DNA of 64,000 bases, taken from Lepidodermella squamata (lineage: Eukaryota > Animalia > Gastrotricha). This document shows, piece by piece, positions 50,467-62,947 of the stretch. Every line of letters begins with the position of its first letter. Position 1 is the first letter of the stretch. Below the pieces are notes generated by a model that was given only the letters and a program-made list of their open reading frames with translations, was not told the DNA's origin and ran no database searches. The stretch covers positions 1,860,001-1,924,000 of the forward strand of contig JBLDXI010000024.1 of NCBI GenBank assembly GCA_047495785.1. Reading direction: 5' to 3'. The position numbers and the translations under genes were made by a program.

Positions 50467-53400
50467 TCACAATACTTCAATTTGTGGATAGACGAGGGCT
50501 TGGCACCGACAACCGCACCCGGTAGGACACGTACTCTTCGCTGGATTGACGGCGAAAAACTCGCGGATGTGACTCGCATGGCCGCCGTGGCCACACATGA
50601 CGCAAATTGATGAAAGACCACGAACAGGACGATCGCAAACTGCGCAGCTAGTCGAAGTCGGCATGTTTGCAGTTAGCGCAGTTACGGGCAGAGAAGTCGT
50701 CATTGGTGGGCTGGTGACATCTATAGATGTCTGCTGGTAATAGCCAACAACGCTGAGACTTGTTGTATTCGATCGCTGCATGATCTAAACAAATGCATAA
50801 CGAGGTTTAATTACTTCAACTTTGCTTAGATCGTAAAACTCGTGAAATTGCAAAAGAGCGCGTATAATTGTCGGGAAAATCAAATAAAAAACTTACAGAA
50901 GACGATGAAGCAACAGGAGCTCGCTGCATGAGAAGTGACTGGTCCATACTAGCATTTACCAGACCATTCGGTTGTTCCAAGGGGGACAACTGGCCGGCGG
51001 CAATCGCATTCAGCGGTCTCAACAACGCAGTCCTTCGATCGTGTAGCCGCCACGCGTGAAGTTGAGTCGCGTAACACCGAAGTACAACAGACATTTGAAT
51101 CCGTTCAGATTCCGAACAGCCGCCGTACAAATTGTGATTGTTGTATATTCCATTTTCTTGCGCGATTCGCCTAATATGTAAAGCATAACTTATAATTATC
51201 CCTTAAAGATGATTCAGAATTTTATACAAAATTCGAAAATTCACCTAAAACCAAATAGGGGATGCTATTAGGGATGTACTTATTTTGCCGCTCAAATATC
51301 AATTTACAATTAATTGTGAATTCTGTCAGCGCAGAATTAACAAGAGCCAAGTATAGCGGCCGTTGCCCCCTATCTAAGCAAAAAATTTCTTCACAGCCAA
51401 GCATCTCTAATCTTGCATGTATCATGCAGAAACGGAGGAACCTACAACTCGATTTTCCAGCAAGTTCTCATACTCATGACATTTTTCCTGATTTTTTCGC
51501 TCCCAAAGAGTTATCAGGCTATAGCCGAGAGACGTCCTGTAAAAAAGTCGTCTACAAACGCACAGTCTAACCGTGTACGACAGCGTTACCAAAGAGGGTA
51601 ATTCAGAATTTTCGGTCAACAAGTTTGATGTTCGATGAGTGCCAAGTAGAAATATGTATTATTCAGTGTTTTGCCATATATTCGATACGACTACAACATT
51701 CCATACACTCAAGGCATGAGAAATGTCACAGCTATGGATTACTACTATTCCTACCACTATTTCCCTAAGATGAGAATTTTTCTCCATCACTATGATCGAC
51801 TCCACGAGTATATTTTTACTGGCTATGCCAAAATGGAGAATGACCGATTATGTTCTCGAAACTCAAACAAAGTTTAGATCCGACAGTTGCGCTCGGAATC
51901 TTGACGTTGTTCGTCAAGGCGCAAGCAGGAAAACGGATAGTCTTACCGTTAAACTTCGTTGGCGGGCCGTGACATATGTACCAGCTTTATCAAGATGCGA
52001 TGGCCATTGTAAGGTGTGTGGACAGACCGTCTCTATTCGTAACTTTCACACGTAACCCCAATTGGGACGAAATTCAAGTAGAGCGTAAACGAGACTCGCA
52101 AGGCTGTCTCCTAGAAACCGCCGCTGATCGACGAAATTTATTAACAAATTGGAGTCGCATTATGTCTTTCCAACAGTTTACTCTACGAAGCGATATTAAA
52201 ATTGAAAACAATTGTCTTCCAACAGCTCGAATTTCTCGCGTTGCTAAATCGTGCCCGAAGTTGCCTCATATCATACACCTAATCTCATTTAGTTAATCGC
52301 ATATTTCAATCCGACTTGAATATTTCCGTTATATTTTCGAAATTTCGAATTACAGTGACGCTAAACATGAAGCTGAAAATGAGATACTCTAAAAATGATG
52401 GTCCGAAAATTGTAAATGACTTGAAAATACTAATTAGCTATGAAACTTTTCAACAGGGTAGAATACCAATAATTATACCAGTTACCGGGTTTTACCGGGA
52501 TTTCTCTGCCAAATTTAGAATTTTTTCGATTAACTGTTCTCTTCTTGTTCAATTTAGAAAAAATTTAACCAATTTCGGACAAGATATCTACAAGACTCAT
52601 AAAAACGATAGGACAATTATGGGACACTCTTCAAGAAATATATAAATAGTTAGGTATTTTTTTAGGTATTTTTCGATATTAAAACCAACTTTGCAGCTGT
52701 AATTTGCACTAGTCGATTGTTGTAAGCATTGCGCGATGGCGACAACAATTGCTGCCGACTCGAGGTGTGACGCGACCTCAATTCGCCATTTATCGAACCA
52801 GTTCCCTCCGCCCCTGCTGAAGATCCGTCAATCGGCGAAACAGCCTGCACATCGTGCCAACTCGACGATCTTTTAACCGCTGAAACTTCTGGAGAAAATA
52901 ATCGCAATGAGAAAAGCGAAAAAAAGCCAAGCCACAATGGCGGTAAGAAATAGGCATAATCAGCAAGCAATTTCAGGGTTAAAAATGACTATCTAAAAGA
53001 GCTATGATAAGTTGACATTAGACGACTTGCATACCTACGTAATCGAGGCTAACCGACACCATTTTGAACTTAACCGAGTTAGGCGAGCTTATAACCATCC
53101 CAATACCATCAGGCGATTGGCGCTACAAAAATATCGATAGCAGCTTCAAAATTTGTTCGAATATATTTGCCCTTATATAACGCTGATCACACTGTTTCTT
53201 AACCGCCAATTAAGCTGGATCGAAAAACCTACGAATGACAGGCGGTCTGCGTAAAAAGGCGGGTCCCACAGTGTTATAATTGTCGTATTTCACATATTCT
53301 TCACTCCACTGAAATGAATCAAAACACGACCATGAAATTGTTCCCTCAGAAAATAATCGACATTTTGCAGGGTTTCGGAACAAACCTGGTTTTCAAGCCC

Positions 53401-55995
53401 GCCCGGGACATTACTCGCGATCAGTGAGTTGTTATGGCTTAATAACCCGTCGCCTGGTGGAGTCCGGTTATCGATAGCAGTGCCCGTCTGGTTGTGAAAA
53501 TCGTTCCAGTTATTCGCAACGGAATCCTCAGGTATTTGATTCAAATCGATTCCTAAGGCAAATTTTCATCGAAAATCGAATTCAATCGGAAATACTTACC
53601 AGTAAATGATAGGAAATAAGCCAACATAGCTGCGTCCTGGATGCAACCCTGTTTTACGTAATGCGTAAACATTCGAATCAACGCATCCCGACCGATACAT
53701 CCGACTAAATCCGGCTTGGTCAAAAACGTTGAATCATCCAAAACAAGAGAAGCAACACTGAACGCTTGCGCTAAATCAGGCCGGTCGAATGCCAAGGCAA
53801 TCTCAGCATTTTTCCGGCAACAATCCGCCGGTTTCGTCCAGTCAAGCCGGCATTCGATTGCTAACTCTCGGTTACATTTCAACAAAGCGTTCACTGAATA
53901 AATTAGAACTGAGTGCTGCCTTGAATTGTCCATATTTCCACCCATGTTAGCCGCGCTGTTTGAGGCGGATAGCGCAACGCCCGAGTTCGAACTGCTAGTT
54001 GTTGTACTTTGGTGGTGATGGCCGGATAAAATGCCGCCGGAACTTGGCGAAATCGCGCCTGGTAACACGCCGGCGGTTGAAAAGCCGGCTGTCATTATCG
54101 GGAAACCAGGCGCGTCCGAGTGCCGACTCATACTGGTCTGGCGATGTCGGTGACTCCGCTTAGTCGAAGTCGCGTGGCCGGTGAAAGCTTTATGGAAATC
54201 GGCTAAAGCTCTTGGGTTCGAATTCGGCTGTTGTTTCAGCTCGTACAGGCGATGGAGGGAAACCAGAAAACCAGCCGGGCAGAACCGGGCGCCGGCAGTT
54301 CTGGGTGATGGGATCATATAATCGGTTGGCTGGACGTTGAATTGAACAGCCGGAGTTCCAGGTCCGGTCAGATTCGCAGAGCTAACAATCTGCTGAGGCA
54401 GAGGCGGTGGCAGTGGAATTTGCGGCTGGGGTGATATCAGCGGTAAGGCTGGGACGGACGATGGAACCGAGGCTGAAAATTGCTCACTATTGTTCAAACT
54501 ATCAGTTAGAGCCGCAGTTGATGGGCGTAGCATAGGCGGAGTGGATGGGGTTGAATCGCGCGAAAATGCTGCGATCGTATCACTCGCGGTTGATGTTCCG
54601 AAATTCGTGCTGTCATTCGACGATGAATGAATCATGGCCTGGCGGTGGGTTAGTTGGAATTGACGTAGGTAGAAATCGTGGGACCAGGTCAGGACAACAT
54701 CGCCTGATGGCCAAATAGCATCGTAAACGTGATCCATATGGCTGGGCAACATAAAGCCGGAGTAAGCTTCACTCAGAGAAATAACAGCTGCTCTAGGCTC
54801 GTCAATTGAAGCTGGACGCGGCATAGTTGAGGCTGTAACTAGTAACATGCCACCGCCAGGCTAAAATTCAGCACTTAGTTTTCAATTCAAATATTTAAAT
54901 AAAAGCTTACGCTGAATCTGATTCGCCTAGGAGCTTGATTTCCAAATGGAGAGTCGATCGAGCTAACTTTCCTGTCAAGATTCCGGACATCCCACAACGC
55001 GATACGTGAATCACCATCAGCAGCAGTCACCAAATTGTATTGTTCATTTGGGGCTGACCCAGCATCAAGTGTGTGAATTTTAAGCGAGTGAGCTTGGACG
55101 ACAATTGCTGGCCTTCCGCCAGCTCTAACGTCCCAAAATAACAAACGGCTATCAGCCGTGGTTACAACAACATATCCGGACATTTGGGGTGAAATCGGCG
55201 AGTCCAGCTTGCTATTAGCGCCACCACTCGCCGATTTTTCGTTATAAAGCCAGCAGCAACACGAGAATTGCGCTAAAATATAAGCGCAATTATGAAGGAA
55301 AAGTTTAAAGCAGAAATAAATTACAGGTGGCCCTGAAGTTTGCTACAGCTTCCAATCGCGAAACGTCCCATAATATGGCATACTGATCTCTGGAACAAGT
55401 TACGAGCCAGTTTCCAAAAGTGGGACACCATGCGAAATCGCTTGAAAACACGCGGATGATAAATCAAGGGAAAGATTTTAATCCTTTTTCTTACTCAATA
55501 GCTTTGCTGTGCGCTTGAATTTCGGCTTTCTTGGTGCATATTTCTGTGGCGTTCTGCGTTTGCCCTTTGTTGTATTCATACAGCTCGAGAGCTTGACCAC
55601 GCTGTCAAAGCAAGATAATTGCTCAAAGTTCATGATATTTTTTCACGTTACAGCTATTGCAAACTGCGATGGGACTTCAGGATTGCAATAAATCCGAGTG
55701 GCGTCAGCTACTGCAGCTTGTCGTAGCGTGTAACGACCGATAGCGGACTGTTCGAATTCACCAAGCGGTACAAACATGAAAGCCCGTCGGCTGAAACAGT
55801 GAAGTATAATTGCCTATTTGAGGTAAGCTGCGCAAATCTTACCCAGGTAATATAACATGGTCGTTGACAGCATCGTATGCAACACAAGTTGCCTACAAAA
55901 GCAGTAAATTTGTCGCAAATCATGGCTTTTTTACCTTGTTTCTTACTTACCTGGACATCCTTCAATCTAGTTTGATTGCGTATGCTAACAGACAT
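50467..55995 (-). CDS. WDR59: GATOR2 complex subunit WDR59/Sea3 (multi-exon)
   Basis: N-terminus KDVQ|ATCVAYD..HVILPG, WD40 repeats, PSPRTAGARFCPAGFLV, and C-terminal RING CAVC..CVMCGHGGH..CPTGCGCRC. Confidence 0.88.
51690..52150 (+). mobile_element. Degenerate Helitron Rep/helicase fragment in a WDR59 intron
   Basis: YIFTGYAKMENDRL, then (frameshift) VLPLNFVGGP*HMYQLYQDAMAIVR..RPSLFVTFTRNPNWDEI, the Helitron Rep motif. Contains stops and frameshifts. Confidence 0.85.
52440..52630 (+). mobile_element. Diverged MITE family A-like 3' end
   Basis: ACCAGTTACCGGGTTTT... ending ATGGGACACTCT, similar to the right end of 22654-23041. Confidence 0.45.
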
Positions 55996-56219
55996 CCCAA
56001 GAATCAATAGCTAAACATCATCAAGAAACTAAAGAAATATTTCACGGAGTAAATCAGATAAAATTTCAGCACTCGTTGCAAAAACGAAAGAACAGTGTGG
56101 CACGGAGGTAGGTAGGTAAGATATTCGTACTGCAAGCCCAAGCACTATACCGCAGTTATTCAAATATTTCAAAAACCTGCCTCTTTAAGCAATTCTAGAA
56201 TTATACAACAGTTGTGTTT

Positions 56220-56790
56220 TATCGCAATTCGGATATGGCGCCGAGATTTGGGGTTTATTCTACCCAGGATCCTCGCATATGTGATTCTCGAAGAGAGCCT
56301 TAGGTTTACACTCGGCAACGTCTCATCGTATGAAGGATGAGAGTGAATAGTCTATTACATCAATCGCTCCACAACTTTGACTGGATGGTGCGAAAAGCTC
56401 AACATAATTTAGTTGAAAGGGCCGTGAGTGCAGTCTCTGATTTGAACCTCGGAAACATCGCCAACCTGCCTTCCGCACAGAGGAGCGAATCGTTAAAAAC
56501 TACATTGACTAAGAAGCGCCTAGAAGAAACACGTGAAGGGCTCTTAGCTAATACGGACAACACCCTGCGCTGACCGATGTCGGCAATGTGAACTTCACAA
56601 ATTACTATTTCGAAAGCCTCCCCCGCGAATTAGCCACCACCTTGCTGAATATTCGCTTAAATCTTTATCGAATCCGCGCCAATACTTAGGCAACTGCCAT
56701 CGATGCATGACTAGGCCAACTGACGGCAACAGTTGGAATCACACCCGCCGTCTCGTCATAGATTGTCCCGTCACCTACAATCGCTAACGT
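56220..56790 (+). mobile_element. Decayed non-LTR retrotransposon 3' fragment
   Basis: Interrupted frame ending LATTLLNIRLN...CHRC..N..H...IDCP, similar to the CCHC tail of LINE ORF2. Confidence 0.4.
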
Positions 56791-56974
56791 GCGTCCATTT
56801 TATTGCATTTTATTTAGCTCAAAATTAATGATCGACAACAATAGCGAATTCAACAAATGGCTCAACTTACTTATTAGATAAATTGTAATCCAATCTTTTT
56901 CAGCAGCTCGGTTAATACCGAGTGATTTGTAAGGGTGAGAAGCAACGAGGATAAAAGTGAATGGAGAACGGAGA

Positions 56975-57400
56975 TAAAGCTAGGCAGCTAGGCAGCTTAC
57001 TGGGAGATAACGAAGACGTCGAAAATCGCATCCGCTGCTCAACAATCGCCTTCAACAAAATGGAATAGCTATGGCTACGCTCGAACTAAATCCCCGTTGA
57101 AAGGAAAGTCCGCCTTTATAATGCTTATGTACAGCCAATTCTGCTAAACAACTGCTGTACTTGGGGTCTCACCAAATATATTGCCTATTTTATTATATAA
57201 CTGCAGTACGTGGGGTCTGACGGAAGCGCCGTGGAATCGCCTCGACTCTCATCACCGAAAACAGCTTAGACGGCTACTCAGTATATGATACCCTGGTACA
57301 GTAATGAAGCCTTGTATGCTAAAACCAATACATCGAAGCTGTCAGATACAGTCAGGAAAATGCGATGGCGATACCTCGTTCACGCGCTTCGAAAGCCATG
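56975..57400 (+). mobile_element. Decayed RTE-like LINE ORF2 C-terminus
   Basis: LGS..GDNEDVENRI...AFNKM, KVRLYNAYVQPILL..C.TWGLT, RLDSHHRKQLRRLL, SNEALY...LSDTVRKMRWRYLVHALR. Contains stops. Confidence 0.8.
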
Positions 57401-58390
57401 GCGTCCAGTTGGCGATGTCGAACTAAGTGAAATCTGGTCTGTGCTTGGCCGAGCACGTGTCATTCTGCCAAAGCTGTCTAAAGAACTTGCAAACATCAAT
57501 TGTGCTATCCGTGTTCGTCATGACCACAACTGTGATGGTCGTTACTCAACTGAAGAGTAGCCGATCCTTCCGGAATCGCTAACCTGCCTGGAAAATGATC
57601 CAAGTACGAAAGCCAAGATAGTAGCTCATCAGTCCTCAGTCCCCTCACATGATTACGGCGCGCGATAATACCGCCAAACCCGGGTTCAAGGTCATTGCCG
57701 GACTCATGATCTGCCACTCGATCTTTTCAGCTCATTAATGGCCCATCGCAATGGTTTCTGCCATCCAATTTTTTCCTATAATCCTAGGACATGTGTATCA
57801 AACGATTATCTACTGTTCGACACCCGAAGTTGACTGAAATAAATAGAAAGAAGCTCCAAACTGATCAAATAGGAGCGGAAAAATTCCACTGCGACGAAAT
57901 AGAAAATATTATCATCAAATTAAGTAATAATTTTGATATAAGTCTATTAATATTGAAAAATAATCTAACAACATTTATTTTTTTAGAAACAATGGGCATT
58001 TGCGCGCCAAAATTTACGAGTTGCCGGTGCTCGTTCCGTGGCTTCGTGCTGTCTACGACTCACTACGGCTGCCAATTGCCGATTGCCTGAGGTCAGAGGT
58101 TTGGTGAGGTGAGGTTCTGGATTTTTGATGCAGTACGTGTGACTTCAGGCTCTAGGCTTGCGATTTTCCACCTATTAGCTTGAACCTGCAGCTTGAAATG
58201 ACCTGGAACTAGAGCTTTTGACTGCTCTGACCCCGGTATATTCGTTTCGTGTCGAGTTGGTTTGGCTGCCACCCGAAATTTACAAGACTTGCTTAGCCGT
58301 ACGGCGTAATTCAGGGTCGGATTTTGCGAAAGCTTGGGTTGATGGTTTGATCAGTCATCTGTTACGAGTTACGAATTACGACTGTCGACT

Positions 58391-58433
58391 GTAACTAGGG
58401 AACAGTTATGTCAGACAGCGTTGCCTAGGTACC
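58391..58433. promoter_or_regulatory. Two RFX X-box-like motifs upstream of the Rb-like gene
   Basis: GTAACTAGGGAAC (58391-403) and GTTGCCTAGGTAC (58420-432). Confidence 0.45.
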
Positions 58434-58760
58434 AATGAAATCTCGAAGTACAAACAACATCTATTATATTATAAGGCTGAACCAAAAATCAATCGCCAAA
58501 ATAGAATCTGCAGAGCAGAGACCTTTATTCTTTCGATTCTCTAGTTTCCCATTTCTCACTATTTTTCAGGAGAATAATGATTTATGCCAATGTCAATTTC
58601 ATGACTTTTGCACAATGAAGTCTTATGTATTTTCCCCCTTTCCTCTTCAGGCTTGATTGAACGCATCTTTCGATCCATTGGAACATTGCCTTAACGTCGA
58701 TTTATGATTTTGTAATTTGTAATTGTGTAGGTTATTTAGTTAATATATCCTCATGTCGTG

Positions 58761-61700
58761 ATGGAAGAATTGAAAGTCAAATTGGATGAAATCTGCGGCG
58801 TGATCAGTCTTGATGAACCAACAAAAACAGAAGCTTGGAAGAAATTTGTTGCTGCATCGGAGCAGTTTGTGCTAGAGGTTGATTAGTTTCGCTTTTTAAA
58901 GCAACTGTTTCAAATGATATTCTCAATTTCAGGGTGACAAAGTTTCATGGCTGGTTTGCTCTTTATATGCCACATGCTGTCTGGAAGAAATCGAGACTGT
59001 CGATGGTCACACGACTCTTGGCAGTTTCATATCGCTCGCTAAAATGCTTCATGTAGCAAATATCAGGTAATGAATTATGATATCTGACCATTGGTGCCAT
59101 AATTGTGTTTTATTTCAGCCTGTATAACTTCTTTTCTCGACTCCATCAATGGTGCGAAATGGTAGCCGCCCCGTCGGCGTTTTCCGCGCACGTTCATCGA
59201 CTTGAACAGAGATTTATTGTTTCATCTGTGGTATTCGGAAAATACCGCCTCGTTTTTTCTTACGTTTTCGACGACGTTGAGTCTTCTCATGAGAAGGCGT
59301 CGACTGACAAATCATCTGACGTAGAAATGAAAGACGCAGCTGCCGGCGACTCGTGCAGCAAACCTATGTCTCCGCCAACCAAACGGTCGAGAAAAAGCAA
59401 AGTCTTGCCTTGTACCACAGCTGAGCTGTTCGATTTCGGCTGGACCGTATTCCTTCTTGTGAAAGCTCAATACCGTCAAATAAGCGACAATCTACTGAAC
59501 TGTTATCACTTGGCACTATCGTGCGTCGACTGGCTATACTCAATCGCAATTCAAGCTTCGAGGAGAGATCTCATTTCGCCGCAATTCCGCGACGATCTCG
59601 CAAACAGCTCGTCATCCGCCACAGGTCCAGCTACTCGCCAAGCTGCATCTAAGCCGCCATCAATCATTCATCTGCTATGTCAGCGATTTTCTGGCGTTGA
59701 AGTTGAGGCGCTAGCAATTCGTCAGTATCATTGGCAACCGGCTCTTAAGAAGTTCTCTGATTCGCGCATGCTATCGACCGGGTCTGACAGCGGTTTCATC
59801 GACATTGATGTGTTTGTGGAGAATAAGCGAGCTGTCTCTGCCAGCTATGACGAATACGTCTTGAAAACGGGCGATTTCGACGAGAGAATCTTAATGGCAC
59901 CTGATGCTCATGCCCGGATTGGTAGCCCGCCTAAAACTGGTCTCAATGCAAATAACATAATGAGCCCAGTCAATTATCCGATGGAAAGTTCGAGATCTGA
60001 AGGTAGCATGTTTCCCCCGCCGAAGCCCATAATTGGCAGTAATCTAGGTGCTGCTCGAAAGTTGCTTCCTATGTTCGGTAGAGCTACCCCTCTAACTGCA
60101 AAAGAAAGAGTAGGACCGCCTTCTTTCGTGCCGACAACTCCAGTTTGTGCCGCCGCAACTACTGCAGCTTGTTTGCTTCAACTCGCCTCGTCCCGACCGC
60201 CTGGTATGAGTGACGCGTTACAGCAGATGTTGGATAAGTCCGGGAAGAATCATTCGACCGAATTTGAGCGAATGACCCACGAATACCGTGGTATGCTGGA
60301 AAAAGGCCTGAGCAGCGCAACTAGTCTTACTGAGAGCGAATCCGCCTTATTAGCCGCTCAGAATGGCGTTCAAAGAGTTGTCGCGATGTCTACTTCGTTA
60401 TTCTATCGATGCGCTGAGTTGGTTCTTGCGAAAGAGAGACACATCCTTGCGTTGAAATCCGGCAATTCAGACATTGACATTTCACCGATTGCAACTCAGC
60501 CCGTCTTCCTTAAATCTCTTTTCGCGATCTGTTCCGAAATTATTTTGTCAGCCTTCTGCCCGACTTGCTCGTTTCCATGGAGTTTGACCGCGTTTTCGCT
60601 ATCGCCGCAGGATTTTTTGAGAGTTATTGAGCCATTAGTACGAGCTGATGATCACTTACCTCGTGAAACTGTTAAACACTTGAACTATATCGAAGAAACG
60701 GTGCTTGAAAGTTACCTATGGTCCTCCGAGTCGTCATTCTGGCGTTTACTGGAGAAAACCGAAATTCCGAGTTACGAAGAAGTTTGCCTCGAGAAAGATC
60801 ACCAGGGCAGTGGCCAAATCTCGCAAAGCCCTGTAAGTCAAACACCGGCTAATACGCCACTTCGAGCTGCAGTGACGGCTTCGAGTTTGACCCCGAGCCT
60901 AAGTCGAGTTTTAACCGGGGCCTCACCCCCGGCTGCTCCAGCGCCTCCTGCGACTGGTAACAGCCCAGCGACTTCCAGTGTTTGCCGAGCTTTGTTCTCC
61001 GCGGATGATGATTCGAAAGGTAAATTTTTAAGTTGGATTTTTTAATGATTTTAAATTTGATTTTATTTGCTAGACCGACCTCAATCGCTGAGATCTGTCG
61101 CAGTTTCGTCGCCTAGCCGAATCGCGCCTGAACTTACGATTTCAATCGCAAGTCGCAACAAACCTACCGAAGTGGCCCCATCGAATCGTCGGAGCGGGTC
61201 CCTAGCCCTGATTTTCCGAAAATTATACCGAATGGTAGCTCTTCGCATGTCGGAATTATGCAACTCGTTGGGGCTAGGCGGCCGATTTCTGCAACAGGCC
61301 TTCACCTTTGTCGAACACTGTTTCCGGACTGACATCGCGCTGTTACGCGATCGACACGTCGATCAAATCATATTATGCGCGATTTATATGATGAGTAGAA
61401 TTCTTCAGAAACCGCTCGTCAGTTTTTCGGAGTTGCTGAAATGGTACCGAAAACTGCCGCATGCGAATAGCTCGACTTATCGCTCGATTCTACTGCACTC
61501 GACCAGTCCGGCTAAACCAGCTGGTTCGGCTGAGAAATCGGAGCCGAAGGCTGAGCAACCGTCATCGGCGACTCGAACTTCAACGCGGCAAGCAGCGAAA
61601 CGGCGATCGGCTGCCGGTAGCGGCAAGTCAGAGGATGAAACGCCGTCGGAAAAGGCGGAACCAACTTCTGGGGTCATCACTTTGACGGCTGAAATGTCGC

Positions 61701-62483
61701 CGTCGGAGACCGCAGTTCCAACAGCTGATAATCGGGGCGATATTGTGTTGTTTTATAACATGTTATTCGTTCCGAAATTCCAAGAATACGCTATCGAATT
61801 GGGCGAAGGCCGTCGATCTGGATCCGTTATTCCAAGTGAGTTAAAATTATTGGAAATTTTTGAAAAAATGTCTTGAAAATTCCTGAACATTGATAATGGT
61901 AAAATTATCGTTCGATTTTTGAATTAATTTTAAATTTTGAATTGAAATTTCGAAATTGAAATTGAATTTTGAAATGAAATTTTGAAATTTATTTGGAATT
62001 TATTATGAAGTTTAATTGAATTTTAAAATTCATTTTGAATTGTTCAAAATTTTATAGCGGGGCGGCGAATTTACAAAAAAATCCACCTTAAAATTTTGAA
62101 ATTTATTTAATTTTTTATTTTTCTGTATTTCAGGCGCTCGATTTGCGAAACTTTCGCCTCTACCTTGCCGCCGTTCATCTTCCGGCGCAATGCTCTCACC
62201 CCGTCATTTATCCGCCCAAATCTCAATTCAATCGATCGAAACCTCTCCCGCCCGCTTCAATATCACGAATTCGAGCGATCGCCTCGTCGTTCAAGTGAAT
62301 AACTCGCCGAATAAGGACCTGCAAGCGATCAATTCCGCGCTGAAACACCGCGCGACCATGTCCGCAACTCGCCGCCTGCTCGGAGATGTCGATTCAGTGC
62401 ATGCAGTTGCGGCTCAAAATGCTCAGAACGCAAGCGCTACATCATCATCTGCCCGCCAGTTGCTAGATAGCCTTGGCGCATGA
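58761..62483 (+). CDS. RBL1: Retinoblastoma-like pocket protein (p107/p130 type, multi-exon)
   Basis: LE|GDKVSWLVCSLY, GDFDERI, pocket A (LPRETVKHLNYIEETVLES..W) and pocket B (GSLALIFRKLY, DRHVDQIILCAIY, RGDIVLFYN). Confidence 0.88.
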
Positions 62484-62833
62484 TCAGAAATACCACCACC
62501 TTAAAATTGCTTTACATCAATTTTTCTCGTGTTGTTGTTTGGCTGAATTTTTTAAATAAGTTTTTTTCTAAATGCTGGGTGGATCATTTTTGTTTTGTTA
62601 ATGGCTTGAGTGTGAAATTTGATCGAGTCAACATAAAGTGCCACAGCTGTGCTGACTCGTTGTTGTCTGTAAAAACAAAACTTTTTTGTTGATTTTGTGT
62701 TGTTTTTTCTTTTCTTATTGGCGATGTAATATTCTGAAAACAATAGCCGTACCTAAACTTGATACGCACTCTTACGACGTGGAATTTTGATGATTGTTAT
62801 GGATTTTTTTGTAAATTCGCTGCCCCGCTATAA
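62052..62833. repeat. 34-bp inverted repeat bracketing the last Rb-like exon
   Basis: TTATAGCGGGGCGGCGAATTTACAAAAAAATCCA (62052-85) versus its reverse complement at 62800-833, with one mismatch. Confidence 0.85.
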
Positions 62834-62947
62834 TTGTGCTCGTATAATGTGTCTACTCTTGACCAGGTTGTAAAATAAAAATTACGAAAAATATAAATTA
62901 ATTCGATTGAAAAACTCGGTTCTATATTTTATGGGTAGATTCTGAGA

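Noticed and set aside
55940-55955. U1 snRNA 5' end (ACTTACCTGG)
   Set aside because: It is the reverse complement of the WDR59 intron-1 donor CAG|GTAAGT.
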